DNA from: an uncultured Actinomycetes bacterium
Lineage (GTDB): Bacteria > Actinomycetota > Thermoleophilia > RBG-16-64-13
Direction: 5' to 3'
Assembly (NCBI GenBank): GCA_963706025.1
Contig: CAVPLM010000011.1
Span: 1 to 64,000 of the forward strand
DNA length: 64,000 nt
A model generated the notes under the pieces. The model was given only the letters and a program-made list of their open reading frames with translations. It made no database searches and was not told where the DNA came from. Positions 24,738 through 37,327 of the stretch are shown here, one piece after another. Each line of letters opens with the position of its first letter. The stretch's first letter is position 1. A program made the position numbers and the translations under genes.

Positions 24738-24770
24738 GGCCGCCCGCCGCACCGGGTGCGGCGGGCGGCC
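24738..24770 (-). terminator. GC-rich hairpin downstream of hppA
   Basis: ggccgcccgccgcac-cgg-gtgcggcgggcggcc, a perfect 15-bp stem. Confidence 0.65.
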
Positions 24771-24799
24771 CAGGACTCACTGCGCGGCGCCGCGGCGCC

Positions 24800-27315
<2,516 letters not shown>

Positions 27316-27693
27316 GCAGCATTGCCTCCTTCTCAGCCCTCACGGCGTTTACATGCGGAGAAAGCCTCGGGTCCGGGCACAGGCTCGGCTACCTCGAGCA
27401 CCTGAGAGCGCACCCTCGCGGGCTCGAGGCCTAATCCAAGGCCTCATGCTACCGAACGCCGACTGCTAAGTCAAGGATCCGCGGCTCCGGGGCCGTGACG
27501 CCGTCTGCGCCGGACGCGCACAGGCTCCAGCCGCCCGATGCGCCGGCCCGCCGGCCGATCCGGCGAGCGTCGCCTCGGCCGGTGACTGCCGGACGCGTTA
27601 GGCAGGAGGGATTGAATATCGTTGCAAATGGAGATACAAGGGGCTGGTGAGAGCCACCCCACCCGATCGGCCCCAGCGAGAAAGGATTGACCG

Positions 27694-27855
27694 ATGGACA
27701 AGTGGCAGTGCCTGTTGTGCGGATACATCTACGACCCCGAGGTGGGTGACCCCACGCAAGGGATCGCGCCGGGGACCGCCTTTGAAGACCTGCCCGACGA
27801 CTGGGAATGCCCGGACTGCGGCGCCAGCAAGGACGAATTCGAGAAGATGGCCTGA
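27694..27855 (+). CDS. Rubredoxin (53 aa; below the ORF-track cutoff)
   Basis: [53 protein letters not shown]; AAAGGA RBS. Confidence 0.97.
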   Translation: MDKWQCLLCGYIYDPEVGDPTQGIAPGTAFEDLPDDWECPDCGASKDEFEKMA

Positions 27856-27979
27856 TCAGAGGCTTCGCACCGGCGACGGTAGAGCCCCCAGAGCAGCGAC
27901 GCGGCGGTTCCCCGGTGTGACGTGGCGCCCCCGAACGCGGCAGGCACCGATCAGCGCGAGTCAGGCGGTTAGCGCCGAC

Positions 27980-29253
27980 TCACTGGACAATGCCCGGAGA
28001 GCAGCCTTTCATGAGTAGGTGGCCCGGCGCCACGGCGAAGCCCGTGGCCCGGGCTTCAGTCTCAGTGAAGGCCTGCGCGCCGTTGGCCTCGAACCCCGGT
28101 CCCCACATGAGGAAGGGCACCGGCTCGGCCACGTGGGTCTTGATCTCGAGAGGGGTGGGATGGTCGGGCAGCACGAGCAGACTGACCTCCTCGGTTGCAT
28201 GATCGGAGCGGTCCCCCGCGACGGCATCATCGGAGCGGTCGCCCGCGACTGTCGGCGACGGCCCCTCGCGTAGGGCGAGCACGCGCGGCACCATCAACCG
28301 GTCGACCTCGCTCGATCGCCTGCACCTTGCCCAGCGACGTCGCCTGCGTGTGACGCTTCGTCGGGTGCTTCCACGTGCACGAACACCACGTCGTGATCGT
28401 CCAGGGCGCTCAGGGCCCCGGTCATCTGGCCGGCGAAGTCGTTGTCGAGGCCGTCGGTGACCCCCGGGAGGGAAAGGAAGTCCATCCCGGTCTGCAGAGC
28501 CAGGCCGCGTAACAGATCGACCGCCGAGGTGAGGGCCGCCCTCTTTCCGTCGTAGGCTCGGTCGAAAGTGGGCATCGCCTCCGGCCTCATCCCCGGCCAG
28601 AACAGCCAGATCTGGGTCGCCGGCAGTTGCCCTCGGGCGACGCGGGCCTCATTCACCGGATGACCGGCCAGGATGGCTCTGGAGCGCTCCATCAGCGACT
28701 CGGTCAGGCCGGCGCCGGGCCCCACGGGCCCGCGGCCGGCCACCGCCTGGTCGGTGATGTCGTGAGGCGGCGTAAAGGTCGTGGCGAGTAGTTCCGCACC
28801 ATCTCGGACCGTGAGGATGTGCCGGAACCCCACCCCATGGTGGAACTCGAGGCGTTCGTCGCCCAAGCCCGCCTGCAGGGCCGCCACCAACTCCGCTGCT
28901 TCGGCCGACGAGATGTTCCCGGCCGAGTAACTGGTCATGATCCCGGCAGAGATGTTCACCAGGTTGCAGCGCATCGCCACCTGGCCCGGGTCCAGATCGA
29001 TCCCCATGGCCATGGCCTCGATGGGACCTCTTCCCGCGTAGTACCGGCTGGGATCGAACCCCAGGACGCTCATGCAGGCCACCGCGCTCGAGGCCTCCAT
29101 ACCCTCGCGGAACGTTGTGAGCCATGCCGACGGTGCCCTCTCGCGCCAGTCGGTCGAGATTGGGATGTGGGCAGCCTCCAGCGAGGTGCGACCCCCGAGA
29201 GCGGCCACCGGCCAGCCGGACGCCCCATCGATTATCAGCACCACGTACTTCAC
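27980..29253 (-). CDS. apgM: Cofactor-independent phosphoglycerate mutase, ApgM type (frameshifted)
   Basis: VKYVVLIIDGASG, GRGPIEA, FVHVEAPDEASHAGD, LPDHPTP...HVAEPVPF. Confidence 0.85.
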
Positions 29254-29398
29254 CTGTAGACCGTCCCCACCGCCCGCCGGCCGCGGGGCCTCGCACGGCC
29301 CCGGCCCGAACGGGCTCAAGCTTCCCCACTGCCTGAACGCGCTCCATTATATGCGCTAATGTTCAGCGGAGAGACACCCAGGGAGGAGGCGATCGCCC

Positions 29399-30001
29399 GT
29401 GAGCACAGACGCAACTCGGCCGACCCCGGAACACCGGGGGGGTGCAGAGAAACTGCTCCAGGAGGCGGCAGTCGCTTACCTGGGTCTGGTGGAACGCCCG
29501 CCCGACGGTGAGACGGCAGGCAGCCCGTATGTCGTGCCGGTCAATTTCGCCTTCTGCGGGAGCTTGCCCTCTGACGAAGCGAGGGCCCCAAGCGGCACCA
29601 TGGGCGCTACGCTCGGTGATGCGACCGAGAGACCGCCGGCTGCCGAGACCGACCGCCCTGCGGCCCGTCTCTTGTTCCACACGGGGATCGGAAGGAAGAC
29701 CCGCGCCCTGGCGGAGAATCCGCGCGTCTGTCTCGCCGTCACCGGTGACGTATCCTTTTCCGCCGGCTCCAAGCCCTGCGAGGACGGTTTCGACTACCGG
29801 TCCGTCCTGGTTTGGGGAAGGGCCAGACTCCTCGAGAGCCGGGAGGATCGAGTGGCGGCGTTGCGCAAGATCGTCGCCAAGTATGATCCCCAGGCTGCCG
29901 ACCGGGCGTTCGACGAGCAGGACTTCGAGCAGACGCAGGTCTATGAGGTGACGATCGATACCCTCAGCTACAAGGAGCAGCCTCGGCACCGCTCCGGCTG
30001 A
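29399..30001 (+). CDS. Pyridoxamine 5'-phosphate oxidase / NimA-like flavin-binding protein
   Basis: PYVVPVNF, LFHTGIGRKTRALAENPRVC, YRSVLVWGRA. Confidence 0.85.
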   Translation: MSTDATRPTPEHRGGAEKLLQEAAVAYLGLVERPPDGETAGSPYVVPVNFAFCGSLPSDEARAPSGTMGATLGDATERPPAAETDRPAARLLFHTGIGRKTRALAENPRVCLAVTGDVSFSAGSKPCEDGFDYRSVLVWGRARLLESREDRVAALRKIVAKYDPQAADRAFDEQDFEQTQVYEVTIDTLSYKEQPRHRSG

Positions 30002-30057
30002 TTCGCCGGCTTTCCGGTTGATTCCGGAACCGGGGCGCGTACCGCGCCCGCGGACCG

Positions 30058-31253
30058 CTACCTCTGGGAGCCGAAGTACTTCTCCCCCACCTCGCGGAAC
30101 GCGGGCAGCGCCCCGTCCACGACCTCCGGAGCTACACAGTAGGCCAGACGGAAGTGGCCCGCCAGGCCAAAACCGCTCCCCGGTACCACCAGCACCAGGT
30201 GCTGCTGCATCTCCCGGCAGAAGGCCACATCGTCCTCGATCGGCGAGCGCGGGAAGAGGTAGAAAGCGCCCTTCGGGCTTGACCACATGGAACCCAGCCG
30301 CGGTGAGCGCTTCGCACAAGACGTCGCGGTTGCGCTGATAGGGCGTCACGTCCACACCCACCCCCTGCAGCCGGGCGACCGCCCGCTGCATGAGTGCCGG
30401 CGCGTTCACGAACCCCAGGATACGGTTCGCCAGGACCAGCCCCTCCATCAGCGCCGCTACCCCCGGGATGGATGGGTTGGCCGCGAGGTAGCCGATCCGC
30501 TCTCCGGCCAGCGACAGCTCTTTGGAGTAGCTCGAGGCGATGATGGTGTTCGCGTACGCGGCCATGACCGGGGGTACCCGGTGACCGTCGTACACTATCC
30601 GCCGGTACGGCTCGTCGGAGACCAGGTAGATGATCCGCGCGTACTGCCGGCACTTCCGCCGCAAGAGATCCCCCACCGCCTCCAACGATGCCTCGGTGAT
30701 AGACGCGGCCCGTAGGGTTGTGAGGGGAGTTGATGAGCACCGCCCGGGTCTTGCGACCGATGGCGTCCTCGATGGCGTCGATGTCCAGCTCGAAATCCGG
30801 GCCACTTGCCACCGGCTTCAGCACTCCCCCGTGATTGTCGACGTAGAACCCGTACTCCACGAAGTAGGGCCGCGGGACGACGACTTCATCCCCGGGATCG
30901 AGAACGGCCTTGAAGATGCAGTTGAGGGCCCCTCCGGCGCCGCAGGTCATCACGACGTTCCGCGCCGGTACCCGCACGCCCTGGTCTTGGGAGAGGTACT
31001 CGGCCACCGCCTCGCACGCTTCAGGATAGCCGGCGTTGGGCATGTAGCCGTGAAGGCCGGGGGTCGGATCGCGCACCAGCTCTTCGATCACCCGTTGGAA
31101 CTCCGCAGGTGGCTCCAGGTTGGGGTTGCCGATGCTGAAGTCGAAGACCCTGTCACGTCCGTGGATCTCGGAAAGCCGCGCTCCTTCTTCGAACATCTGC
31201 CTGATCCAAGAAGAGCGCTCTGAGAATCCCGCGATCTTCTTCGCTACGGGCAT
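30058..31253 (-). CDS. Class I PLP-dependent (aspartate) aminotransferase (frameshifted)
   Basis: SSWIRQMFEEG, DFSIGNP, INSPHNPTG, SDEPY, SYSKELSLAGERIGY. Confidence 0.92.
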
Positions 31254-31286
31254 GGCGTGCCTCCAGTGGGCGGGAGTGCGTCTACA

Positions 31287-31517
31287 TCATCCGCCGGAGA
31301 CGGCGGGAAACAGGCCGAGCCGGTCGTGATCGCTGAGCAAGGAGTCGAGCTCCGCGCCATGACCGTTGATCATGACTATGGCCACGTCGCCCACGCGGAT
31401 CTCCGCTCCGACAACCACGTCCCTGACCGTGAGACCGGGTCTAGCCTCTACCTCGAACTCGGACGGACCTGGATCGGACGCCCTAGCGAGAGCGGCATAC
31501 AGTCGAACATCGATCAT
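31287..31517 (-). CDS. MoaD/ThiS-family sulfur carrier
   Basis: 76 aa, VRLYAAL start and C-terminal FPAVSGG. Confidence 0.9.
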   Translation of the reverse strand: MIDVRLYAALARASDPGPSEFEVEARPGLTVRDVVVGAEIRVGDVAIVMINGHGAELDSLLSDHDRLGLFPAVSGG

Positions 31518-31714
31518 CCTCGGTCACCTCTCGGGGATTCCCGCCTGGACCATTGCCCGAAGCGGCGGTGGCCCGTCGCCGGCGCGTGAACGTCGCCCGG
31601 CCGACAGTCTAGCATGCGGCCCGCGTGCTGCCCCGCTGAGCCCGAGCATGGCAGTTGCTCCCTCGCCGACCGCATCACAGGCTGGGGAGCGGACGAAGGC
31701 CGTCTATCCCAGGG

Positions 31715-32542
31715 CTAACCGATCGACCCCCCCTGCTCCCGGTACAGCTGGGGAAGGAACCCGGCCAGCCGCGAGTACTCGTGGACGTCGTGTTCGTAGA
31801 GACCGAAACAGGCCTCCTCGGGAATACGGACACCGGGCGCCAACATCAGCACCGGCTTCTTGTCCACGATCTGGTATCCCATCCAGAAGCGGGTACGGAA
31901 GTCGACTCCCCCGGTCATATCTCGCACGAAGTGGAGAAGGGCCACATACTGCGGCGGTTCATCCGGGCTCGCCGGGGGAACGACCACGTTGCCGCAGACC
32001 GTGGTGGCCACGTTCGGGCTGTGGTACCTGCTCATGTCGAAGCCAAAGTCCTCGGGGCTCACGAAGTCGATCATCACCCGGGCCACGCCGGAACCGATGC
32101 TCTCGATGGCGATGTGGCCCGGTCCAGGGTTCTGCAGTTTACGTTCCATGGGAACGCTGGGATCGGAGAGCATCCGGCGATCTTCGTCCTTGATATCGCT
32201 GCCCATGTGGTCGCGGGGGAACCAGATCTTGTAGCGCAGATCCTCACTGATGAACCAGGCGAACCACCACCTGATCATCTCGGCGGTGACTCCGGGCATC
32301 TTGTGATTCAGGGCCACGAAGCCGGAACCGTCCGGCATGACGCAGTACCCGGTCTCGGTCGGCAGAGTACCGGGGTTCAGCATGTCGTTCAGCCGCTGGA
32401 TGGGCAGGGCCAGCCCGGGGTCGACCGCCCGGGGATGGTCGATCAACTCCATCATCTCCGGCGGCCGGGGGAACTCCAGGTAGTAGTACTTGGAGTAGGG
32501 CTTGGCCCTCTCTTCCGCACTCAGTTCGGCGAGTCCTGCCAC
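31715..32542 (-). CDS. Phloretin hydrolase / DAPG hydrolase (PhlG family) C-C hydrolase
   Basis: MPGVTAEMIRWWFAW, LRYKIWFPRDH, RTRFWMG, EHDVHEY (candidate metal ligands); 275 aa. Confidence 0.88.
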   Translation of the reverse strand: MAGLAELSAEERAKPYSKYYYLEFPRPPEMMELIDHPRAVDPGLALPIQRLNDMLNPGTLPTETGYCVMPDGSGFVALNHKMPGVTAEMIRWWFAWFISEDLRYKIWFPRDHMGSDIKDEDRRMLSDPSVPMERKLQNPGPGHIAIESIGSGVARVMIDFVSPEDFGFDMSRYHSPNVATTVCGNVVVPPASPDEPPQYVALLHFVRDMTGGVDFRTRFWMGYQIVDKKPVLMLAPGVRIPEEACFGLYEHDVHEYSRLAGFLPQLYREQGGSIG

Positions 32543-32594
32543 GGGGTCACCTCCTTGGGAACGCGGCCTGCCACGCTGGTCCGCGTGACCTTCG

Positions 32595-33401
32595 CTAGTT
32601 GTGATTCAGCCCGCCGTCCACCAGAAGCGTCTGACCGGTCATGAAGTCACTGTCGGCGGAAGCCAGGAAGAACGCGGGTCCGGCCAGGTCGTCCGCCTGC
32701 TCGTTGCGCTCGGGCAGGCACTGACCCAGACGCGTCCTCTCCCAATGGTCCGTCACGCCTGCAGCCTGCTCTCTGTTCGCCTCCGTGAGGGTGAAACCGG
32801 GAGCGAGCGCGTTGACCCTGATCCCCTCCGGACCGAGTTCCCGCGCCAGAGCCCGAGTGAAGCCGATGATCCCTCCCTTGCTGGAGACGTAGTGGATGAA
32901 TCCGGCCACGCCTTCCCAGAAGGTGGAGGAGGTGAGGTTGATGATCTTGCCGTAATGCTGAGGCTTCATGTACGGATAGACGGCGCGGGCGCAGAACCAC
33001 ATTCCCCGCAGGTTCACGTCCAGGATGTAGTCCCAATCCTCCACTTTCCATTCGTAGAAGCGTTGCCAGGGCTGCTTGGACATGACCCCGCGAAAAGCGG
33101 CGGCGTTGTTGACGAGGATGTCGATCCTGCCCCCGTAGGTGTCGGCCAGCAGCTTGGCCGCCGCCTCGCACTGGTCGAGGTGGGTGATGTCACAGGTGAT
33201 GGGGATGGCGTCCCCTCCGGCCGCCTTGATCTCGTCGGCCACCCACACGGCGCTCTCGCCGTCTATGTCGAGCACGCCGACCTTGGCCCCCTCCTTGCCG
33301 TACCGGAGAGCGATGGAGCGACCGATGCTGTTGGTGCCGCCCCCACCCGTGATCAGTGCCACTTTGCCCTGCAGACGTTGTCCTTCGACTTCCGTGCTCA
33401 T
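32595..33401 (-). CDS. Short-chain dehydrogenase/reductase
   Basis: ITGGGGTNSIG, NNAA, YVSSKGG, NALAPG. Confidence 0.95.
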   Translation of the reverse strand: MSTEVEGQRLQGKVALITGGGGTNSIGRSIALRYGKEGAKVGVLDIDGESAVWVADEIKAAGGDAIPITCDITHLDQCEAAAKLLADTYGGRIDILVNNAAAFRGVMSKQPWQRFYEWKVEDWDYILDVNLRGMWFCARAVYPYMKPQHYGKIINLTSSTFWEGVAGFIHYVSSKGGIIGFTRALARELGPEGIRVNALAPGFTLTEANREQAAGVTDHWERTRLGQCLPERNEQADDLAGPAFFLASADSDFMTGQTLLVDGGLNHN

Positions 33402-33478
33402 CGTGCTCTCCTTCTTCTCAGGCCTTGCTTTGCTGAATCTCCGCGTGGTCGGCCGTGAATCAGTCCGCGGTGGATCGC

Positions 33479-35443
33479 CTAGATGTCCAGGGCGGCTTCG
33501 AAGCCCTCGTGTATGGCGTTGAAGAGGATCCGGGGCGCCCTGCAGTCGCCTACCACGTGTACTTCCGGAGCCGAATCCTTCAGCGCCTCGACTACGTCGC
33601 TTCGGGACCGCAGGTTGGGCGCGACTACCACGGCATCGGCGGGCAGTTCCTGCTCCTGGCCGCCGGCGTTGCGGACGGCGACCTTCCCTTCCAGCACCCG
33701 CTCCAAGACCACGCCTTTCCGCACCCTGATGCCGTGTTGCTCAAGCATGTCTTCGAGGGCCATCGCATCCACGAAGTTGACCGTCTGGTCTTGCGCCGAG
33801 CCCCCCGGGATCTCGATGATGGCCACCTGCTTGCCCTGACGGGCGAGATGGAGCGCCGCTTCCTGCCCCATGCCTCCATCGCCTACGACCACCACGCGGT
33901 CGCCGGGCACCTCCCGGCCACACATCACGTCGCCGGCCCAGAGGACGTTCGGGCCCCTGATACCCGGCACGTCCGGCCAGGCCGGCTCCGCGCCTACGGC
34001 CACGACCACCTCATCGGGCGCCTCCGCCCCCACCAGCTCGGCCGTCGCCTCGGTACCCAGTCTGACCTTGACGCTCGACTTCTCCATCTGTCGCAGCAGG
34101 TACTCGAGGAATCGTTTCCAATCGTCCTTGAAGGCCGGTCCAGACGAGGCCCAGAGATTGCCACCCAGCCGGTCTTCCTTCTCGAACAGTGTCACCTCGT
34201 GACCCCGGGAGGAGGCGATGAGTGCCGCCTCTATCCCGGCCGGGCCACCTCCGACCACCACTACCTTCTTCTTGGCGGCTATCGGAGGCAGGCAGCGGTA
34301 GTAGTCCTCCCGCACAGCCCAGGGATTGACGGCGCAACGCACGGGCAGGCTGTGCGCCCCGCGGACCAGACACGTGTTGCAGCGGATGCAGGGCACGGCT
34401 TCCTCTTTGCGACCGCGGAAGGTCTTCTTGGGCAGAGCCGGATCGGCGATGAGCGCCCGGCAGAGGGCCACGAAGTCCACCTTGCCGGCGGCCACCCAGT
34501 CGCCGGCCTCGTCCAGATCGACTATGGCCCCCACCACTCCGACCGGTACGGTCACGGCCTTCTTGATCTCTGCCGCCCTATCGACGTTCTCGCCGTGGGG
34601 CAGATAGACCGAAGGGTGCGTGTAAGGGTAGGTGCGGGGTTCGGCGATCATTCCGGCCGAGACGTGGAGACAGTCCACCTTGTCCTGCATGAGGAGCGCG
34701 TACTCAACCGCGTCGGCTATCTCCAGCCCCCCGGGGACCAGGTCGCTGGCGCTCATTCTCCATTCGATGGGAAAATCGGGACCGCATCTCTCTCTGATCG
34801 CGTCGATGACTCGGATGCCGAAGCGGACCCGATTCTCCAGGCTGCCCCCGTACTCGTCGGTACGCTTGTTGACGGCCGGGGAAACGAACTGCGAGATCAG
34901 CCAACCATGACCGGCGTGGATCATGACCATGTCGAAGCCGGCCTTCTGGGCGCGGAAAGCGGCCTCCGCATAATGGTCGATGACCTCGTCGATCATCGCC
35001 AAGCTCATCTCTTCGACCACCTGCTCGCCCCGGCGCCTGTCCTCGGTGAACACGCCCACCATGGCCGACGGTCCGATAGGGTTCCTACCCCCGTTGAGCT
35101 GGCTCACCGCCTGACGGCCGCCGTGATTGAGCTGGATGGAGGCCAAGGCCTCCTGACTCTTGATCGCTTCTACCACCGAGGTGAGGGCGGGGATGTAGAA
35201 GTCGCTGCCCAGGTTGAGCTGCGTGGGTTGGGTGATGGCCCTATCGGAATCGATGGCAGTCTCCAGCACGGTGATGATGCCGGCGCCGCCCTTGGCCTGG
35301 GCCCGGTAGAACTCCACCAGCTCCCGGGACACCGACTGGTCGGCATGAGCGATGCACGTGAGTGTCGGAGCGGCTTCGATGCGGTTCTTAGCCGTCAGCG
35401 AGCCGATCCTGATCGGTTCGGTCAAGGCTTCCCAGGATGCCAT
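33479..35443 (-). CDS. Old-yellow-enzyme + [4Fe-4S] + FAD/NAD oxidoreductase (2,4-dienoyl-CoA/BaiCD/Fcr-like)
   Basis: HAGHGWLISQF, NKRTDEYGGSLENR, CIRCNTC...CAVNP, VVGGGPAG; 654 aa. Confidence 0.93.
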   Translation of the reverse strand: MASWEALTEPIRIGSLTAKNRIEAAPTLTCIAHADQSVSRELVEFYRAQAKGGAGIITVLETAIDSDRAITQPTQLNLGSDFYIPALTSVVEAIKSQEALASIQLNHGGRQAVSQLNGGRNPIGPSAMVGVFTEDRRRGEQVVEEMSLAMIDEVIDHYAEAAFRAQKAGFDMVMIHAGHGWLISQFVSPAVNKRTDEYGGSLENRVRFGIRVIDAIRERCGPDFPIEWRMSASDLVPGGLEIADAVEYALLMQDKVDCLHVSAGMIAEPRTYPYTHPSVYLPHGENVDRAAEIKKAVTVPVGVVGAIVDLDEAGDWVAAGKVDFVALCRALIADPALPKKTFRGRKEEAVPCIRCNTCLVRGAHSLPVRCAVNPWAVREDYYRCLPPIAAKKKVVVVGGGPAGIEAALIASSRGHEVTLFEKEDRLGGNLWASSGPAFKDDWKRFLEYLLRQMEKSSVKVRLGTEATAELVGAEAPDEVVVAVGAEPAWPDVPGIRGPNVLWAGDVMCGREVPGDRVVVVGDGGMGQEAALHLARQGKQVAIIEIPGGSAQDQTVNFVDAMALEDMLEQHGIRVRKGVVLERVLEGKVAVRNAGGQEQELPADAVVVAPNLRSRSDVVEALKDSAPEVHVVGDCRAPRILFNAIHEGFEAALDI

Positions 35444-35464
35444 CTCGATCCCCCTTCTCGCGCC

Positions 35465-36133
35465 TTAGTGTCGCCAGCGACAGGTGTCGCTCAGGTCGCA
35501 GAACTCGCAGGGCGTCCGCACCTCGGTCGACGTGTAGTCCGGGCCGATCCCCACCATGAGCGAAGCCGACTTCTGCGGTACCAGCATACCGGTGCTCGTT
35601 ACCGTCACCCCGATCGCGTCGGTGTCGAGCAGGCTGCAGAGCAGCTTCTGTTCCTCGATGCTCCATCCGTTGAGTTGACCGGGAGCAAGTTCCGCCCCCA
35701 CGCCCCAGCTTCTCCGAGCGGCCTCTTCTTCGGCCATCCGGTGCGCCCGTTGCATGAGCGATCCCACCGCGAAGACCCCCGCCTCCCCCAGCACGTAGCT
35801 CTCGAGCGCCCTGCCTGCAGCTCCCAACTCGCGAGCCTGCTCCTCCAGCCGGAGACCGATGGTGACCACGCTGACGAGAGCTTCTTGGGCCGGCGCCAAC
35901 AAGTTGGCATGCCTTCCCAGGGTGAAGAGCATCCCGCCCACCCGCACCCGCCCATCGTCGACCGTATCCACGGTGAGCCACTCGTAGGCGATCGCGGGCA
36001 CGATCAACCCGCGCGCCTCCTCGAGGGCCCAGCGGGCCACCTCCCTGACTTCTGGGCGACGGAACGCCTCCCCTTGGGCTTCAAGGAATCGGTCGAACTC
36101 GAGATCGCACTCTGAGTCGCTGAGAACGGTCAT
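35465..36133 (-). CDS. Stand-alone methionine synthase reactivation-domain-like protein
   Basis: VVTIGLRLE, LAPGQLNGW, IGVTVTSTGMLVPQKSAS, C-terminal CEFCDLSDTCRWR. Confidence 0.8.
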   Translation of the reverse strand: MTVLSDSECDLEFDRFLEAQGEAFRRPEVREVARWALEEARGLIVPAIAYEWLTVDTVDDGRVRVGGMLFTLGRHANLLAPAQEALVSVVTIGLRLEEQARELGAAGRALESYVLGEAGVFAVGSLMQRAHRMAEEEAARRSWGVGAELAPGQLNGWSIEEQKLLCSLLDTDAIGVTVTSTGMLVPQKSASLMVGIGPDYTSTEVRTPCEFCDLSDTCRWRH

Positions 36134-36178
36134 TCTCGCAGCTCAGATCTTCGGCTCGCCGTCACTATCCACCGCCCA

Positions 36179-37327
36179 CTATCCGACGACCACTCCGAGG
36201 TTGGCGGTCACTCGTCGGGCTCCCGGTCGTCGACAACGCACACGGACCCCTTCGCCCTTCGTGCCTGTAACAAAGCATCTGTTGTCCGAGCGGCAGGAGG
36301 AGGGCCTGCGGTCTCCCGATCTCCAGCGGTTCACCAGGTCCGGTTCCCGTATGAGCGGCCGGCACAGGGAGATGTAGTCGGCCACCCCACCGGCGACCAG
36401 CCTCTCGGCCGTCTCGAAAGTGCGGATCCCCCCCACCAGCATCAGGGGCACAGGGATCGTCTGCTTGTATCGGACGGCGGCCGCCTCGTAGTAGGCTTCC
36501 GGCTCTTCACGCGCAGCGTCGCCCGGGCGCATGGCCGTTCTGTCGCCCGAGAGGAAGGTACCCCCACTCAATTCGATCGCGTCGATGCCGGCTTCGGCAA
36601 GCATGGCGGCGGTCTCGAGCATGTGGTCGACGATGAGACCTCCGGGGAGGAAATCCTCCGAGTTCATCTTGATCAGGACCGGAAACCCGGGGCCCACCGC
36701 TTCCCGCACCGCCTCGACGACCTCGATCGGCAGCCGCGCCCGGTTCCGGACGCTGCCGCCGTAGGCATCGGTCCTCTTGTTGAAGAAGGGAGAGAGGAAT
36801 TGGCTCAGCAGATACCCATGCGCCGCGTGGATCTGCACCGCGTCGAAGCCGGTGTCGCGCGCCCGGGCGGCAGCCTGAGCGAACGCCTTGGTGACGGCTG
36901 CCAGATCGCTCGCGTCCATCTCTCGCCCGACCTGACCCTCCTCTGTCTCGAGCACCGACGGACCCAGGGCCGGCGGCCCTCCAGGAGGGCTCAAGCCTCG
37001 AAGTCCTGCGTGCGCGATCTGCAGGGCGATGACGCCGCCGGCCGCGTGCACCGCGGCCGCCAGGTCCGCGAGCCCGGGGTTCATCTCCTCCGAGTCCGCG
37101 GCAAGCTGCCATGGTCCCGCCCGGCCTTCGGCGCTCACGTACGCGTGACCGCTGATGATCAGACCCACGCCACCCCGGGCAAGAGCGCACGACATCTCGT
37201 TCAGCGCCGGGGTGGAGGAACCATCCGGAGCGGCCAGTCCTTCCCAGGTCGCCGAGCGCACGAATCGATTGGGAACGACCATCCCTCTGATGGTCGTCGC
37301 CTCGAAGAGGCCGGGTGACTCCTTCAC
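36179..37327 (-). CDS. NADH:flavin oxidoreductase (OYE family, single domain)
   Basis: NRFVRSATWEG, HAAHGYLLSQFLSP, NKRTDAYGGS, CRSDNRC; GTG start overlaps the upstream stop. Confidence 0.92.
   Translation of the reverse strand: MKESPGLFEATTIRGMVVPNRFVRSATWEGLAAPDGSSTPALNEMSCALARGGVGLIISGHAYVSAEGRAGPWQLAADSEEMNPGLADLAAAVHAAGGVIALQIAHAGLRGLSPPGGPPALGPSVLETEEGQVGREMDASDLAAVTKAFAQAAARARDTGFDAVQIHAAHGYLLSQFLSPFFNKRTDAYGGSVRNRARLPIEVVEAVREAVGPGFPVLIKMNSEDFLPGGLIVDHMLETAAMLAEAGIDAIELSGGTFLSGDRTAMRPGDAAREEPEAYYEAAAVRYKQTIPVPLMLVGGIRTFETAERLVAGGVADYISLCRPLIREPDLVNRWRSGDRRPSSCRSDNRCFVTGTKGEGVRVRCRRPGARRVTANLGVVVG

Noticed and set aside
27610-27630. Possible Fur/PerR/Zur box upstream of rubredoxin (attgaatatcgttgcaaat)
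   Set aside because: The palindrome is only partial and its spacing does not fit 7-1-7.
33455-36115. Very long antisense or alternative-frame ORFs (e.g. 33455..36115 +, 60172..62940 +, 3186..5942 +)
   Set aside because: They are shadow ORFs of GC-rich genes, with no motifs and Arg/Gly/Pro-biased composition.
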